This document shows positions 63,697 to 64,000 of a DNA stretch of 64,000 nt, one piece after another. The translations under genes and the position numbers were made by a program. Every line of letters begins with the position of its first letter. The stretch's first letter is position 1. The stretch comes from Oligoflexia bacterium (lineage in GTDB: Bacteria; Bdellovibrionota; UBA1018; CAIPTA01; JAALKR01). The notes under the pieces are model-generated. The model ran no database searches. It was not told where the DNA came from and saw only the letters and a list, made by a program, of their open reading frames with translations. The stretch lies in assembly GCA_011087955.1 (NCBI GenBank), contig JAALKR010000005.1, positions 13,381-77,380 on the forward strand. Direction: 5' to 3'.

Positions 63697-64000
63697 CTAG
63701 CGAAATTCTACCATAGCTGCCGTATCGTGATTCTCTAATGCGGCATGGGCGGCCGCAATATGCTCCTCTTCTTCCTTCGCACAACGCTCAAAGATCGCTG
63801 CTGATTCCGCGTCTACTTCCCTCATGGGCTTAATCATGGATAGCCCCACTTCCATTCCTCTTTGCTCGGCAGTAGAGATCAAATAATAAAAGACTTCGGC
63901 AGTGTCTGCCGCTCGGAACATTCGCATCAGAGACGCCGACACAGACCGTTCGGAGACATCTACATTCAACTCAGCAGCTCGATTTAAAAGAAGTTGCGCA
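63697..64000 (-). CDS. Partial CDS (C-terminal part; the frame stays open to the window end), ferritin-like/helical hypothetical protein
   Basis: The track ORF starts at a TTG at 63969, but hand translation shows the frame is open upstream through 63999 (..AQLLLNRAAE-LNVDVS..). The EEEH.. motifs are reminiscent of di-iron helical proteins. Confidence 0.35.
   Translation of the reverse strand, partial: AQLLLNRAAELNVDVSERSVSASLMRMFRAADTAEVFYYLISTAEQRGMEVGLSMIKPMREVDAESAAIFERCAKEEEEHIAAAHAALENHDTAAMVEFR

Overview
This 64-kb window comes from a low-GC diderm bacterium. Hand-sampled 60-nt lines are about 40-48% GC, and the Mla system, an outer-membrane beta-barrel and flhF/flhG polar-flagellum genes are present. 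A Bdellovibrionota/Oligoflexia-like origin is only a guess.

Layout:
- 1-7.2 kb: core metabolism, comprising an ACC-deaminase-family PLP enzyme, etfB-etfA plus a membrane Fe-S oxidoreductase, and a DUF374 gene.
- 7.2-10.2 kb: an abrupt high-GC insert next to a tRNA-Arg(CCG) 3' remnant. It carries decayed defence genes: a T5orf172/GIY-YIG gene, a sensor-like fragment, an AbiEi/AbiEii pair with operator repeats, and a truncated DUF4297 nuclease. No integrase was seen.
- 10.3-17.4 kb: accessory secreted proteins, including three tandem S8 subtilase paralogs. The middle paralog has lost three of its four catalytic residues.
- 17.5-27.3 kb: rnr, an Eis-like GNAT, fliC with a sigma-28 promoter, a flagellin relic, ybeY, a PgpH-like gene and coaE.
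- 27.2-49.8 kb: a minus-strand flagellar cluster, flgB through flgE then fliL through fliA, in Bacillus fla-operon-like order without che genes. It is driven by sequence-visible sigma-54 promoters.
- 49.9-52.6 kb: a sigma-54-preceded AMIN/TPR protein.
- 52.7-64 kb: an mla-like operon, two NtrC-type regulators (one degenerate), a DEAD-box helicase, a Kef-type antiporter, queF and small unknown genes.

I found no intact, clearly novel multi-gene system. The best leads are the pseudo-subtilase array, the decayed high-GC defence island and the AMIN/TPR flagellar accessory candidates.

All family assignments are by-eye motif recognition. No searches were run.
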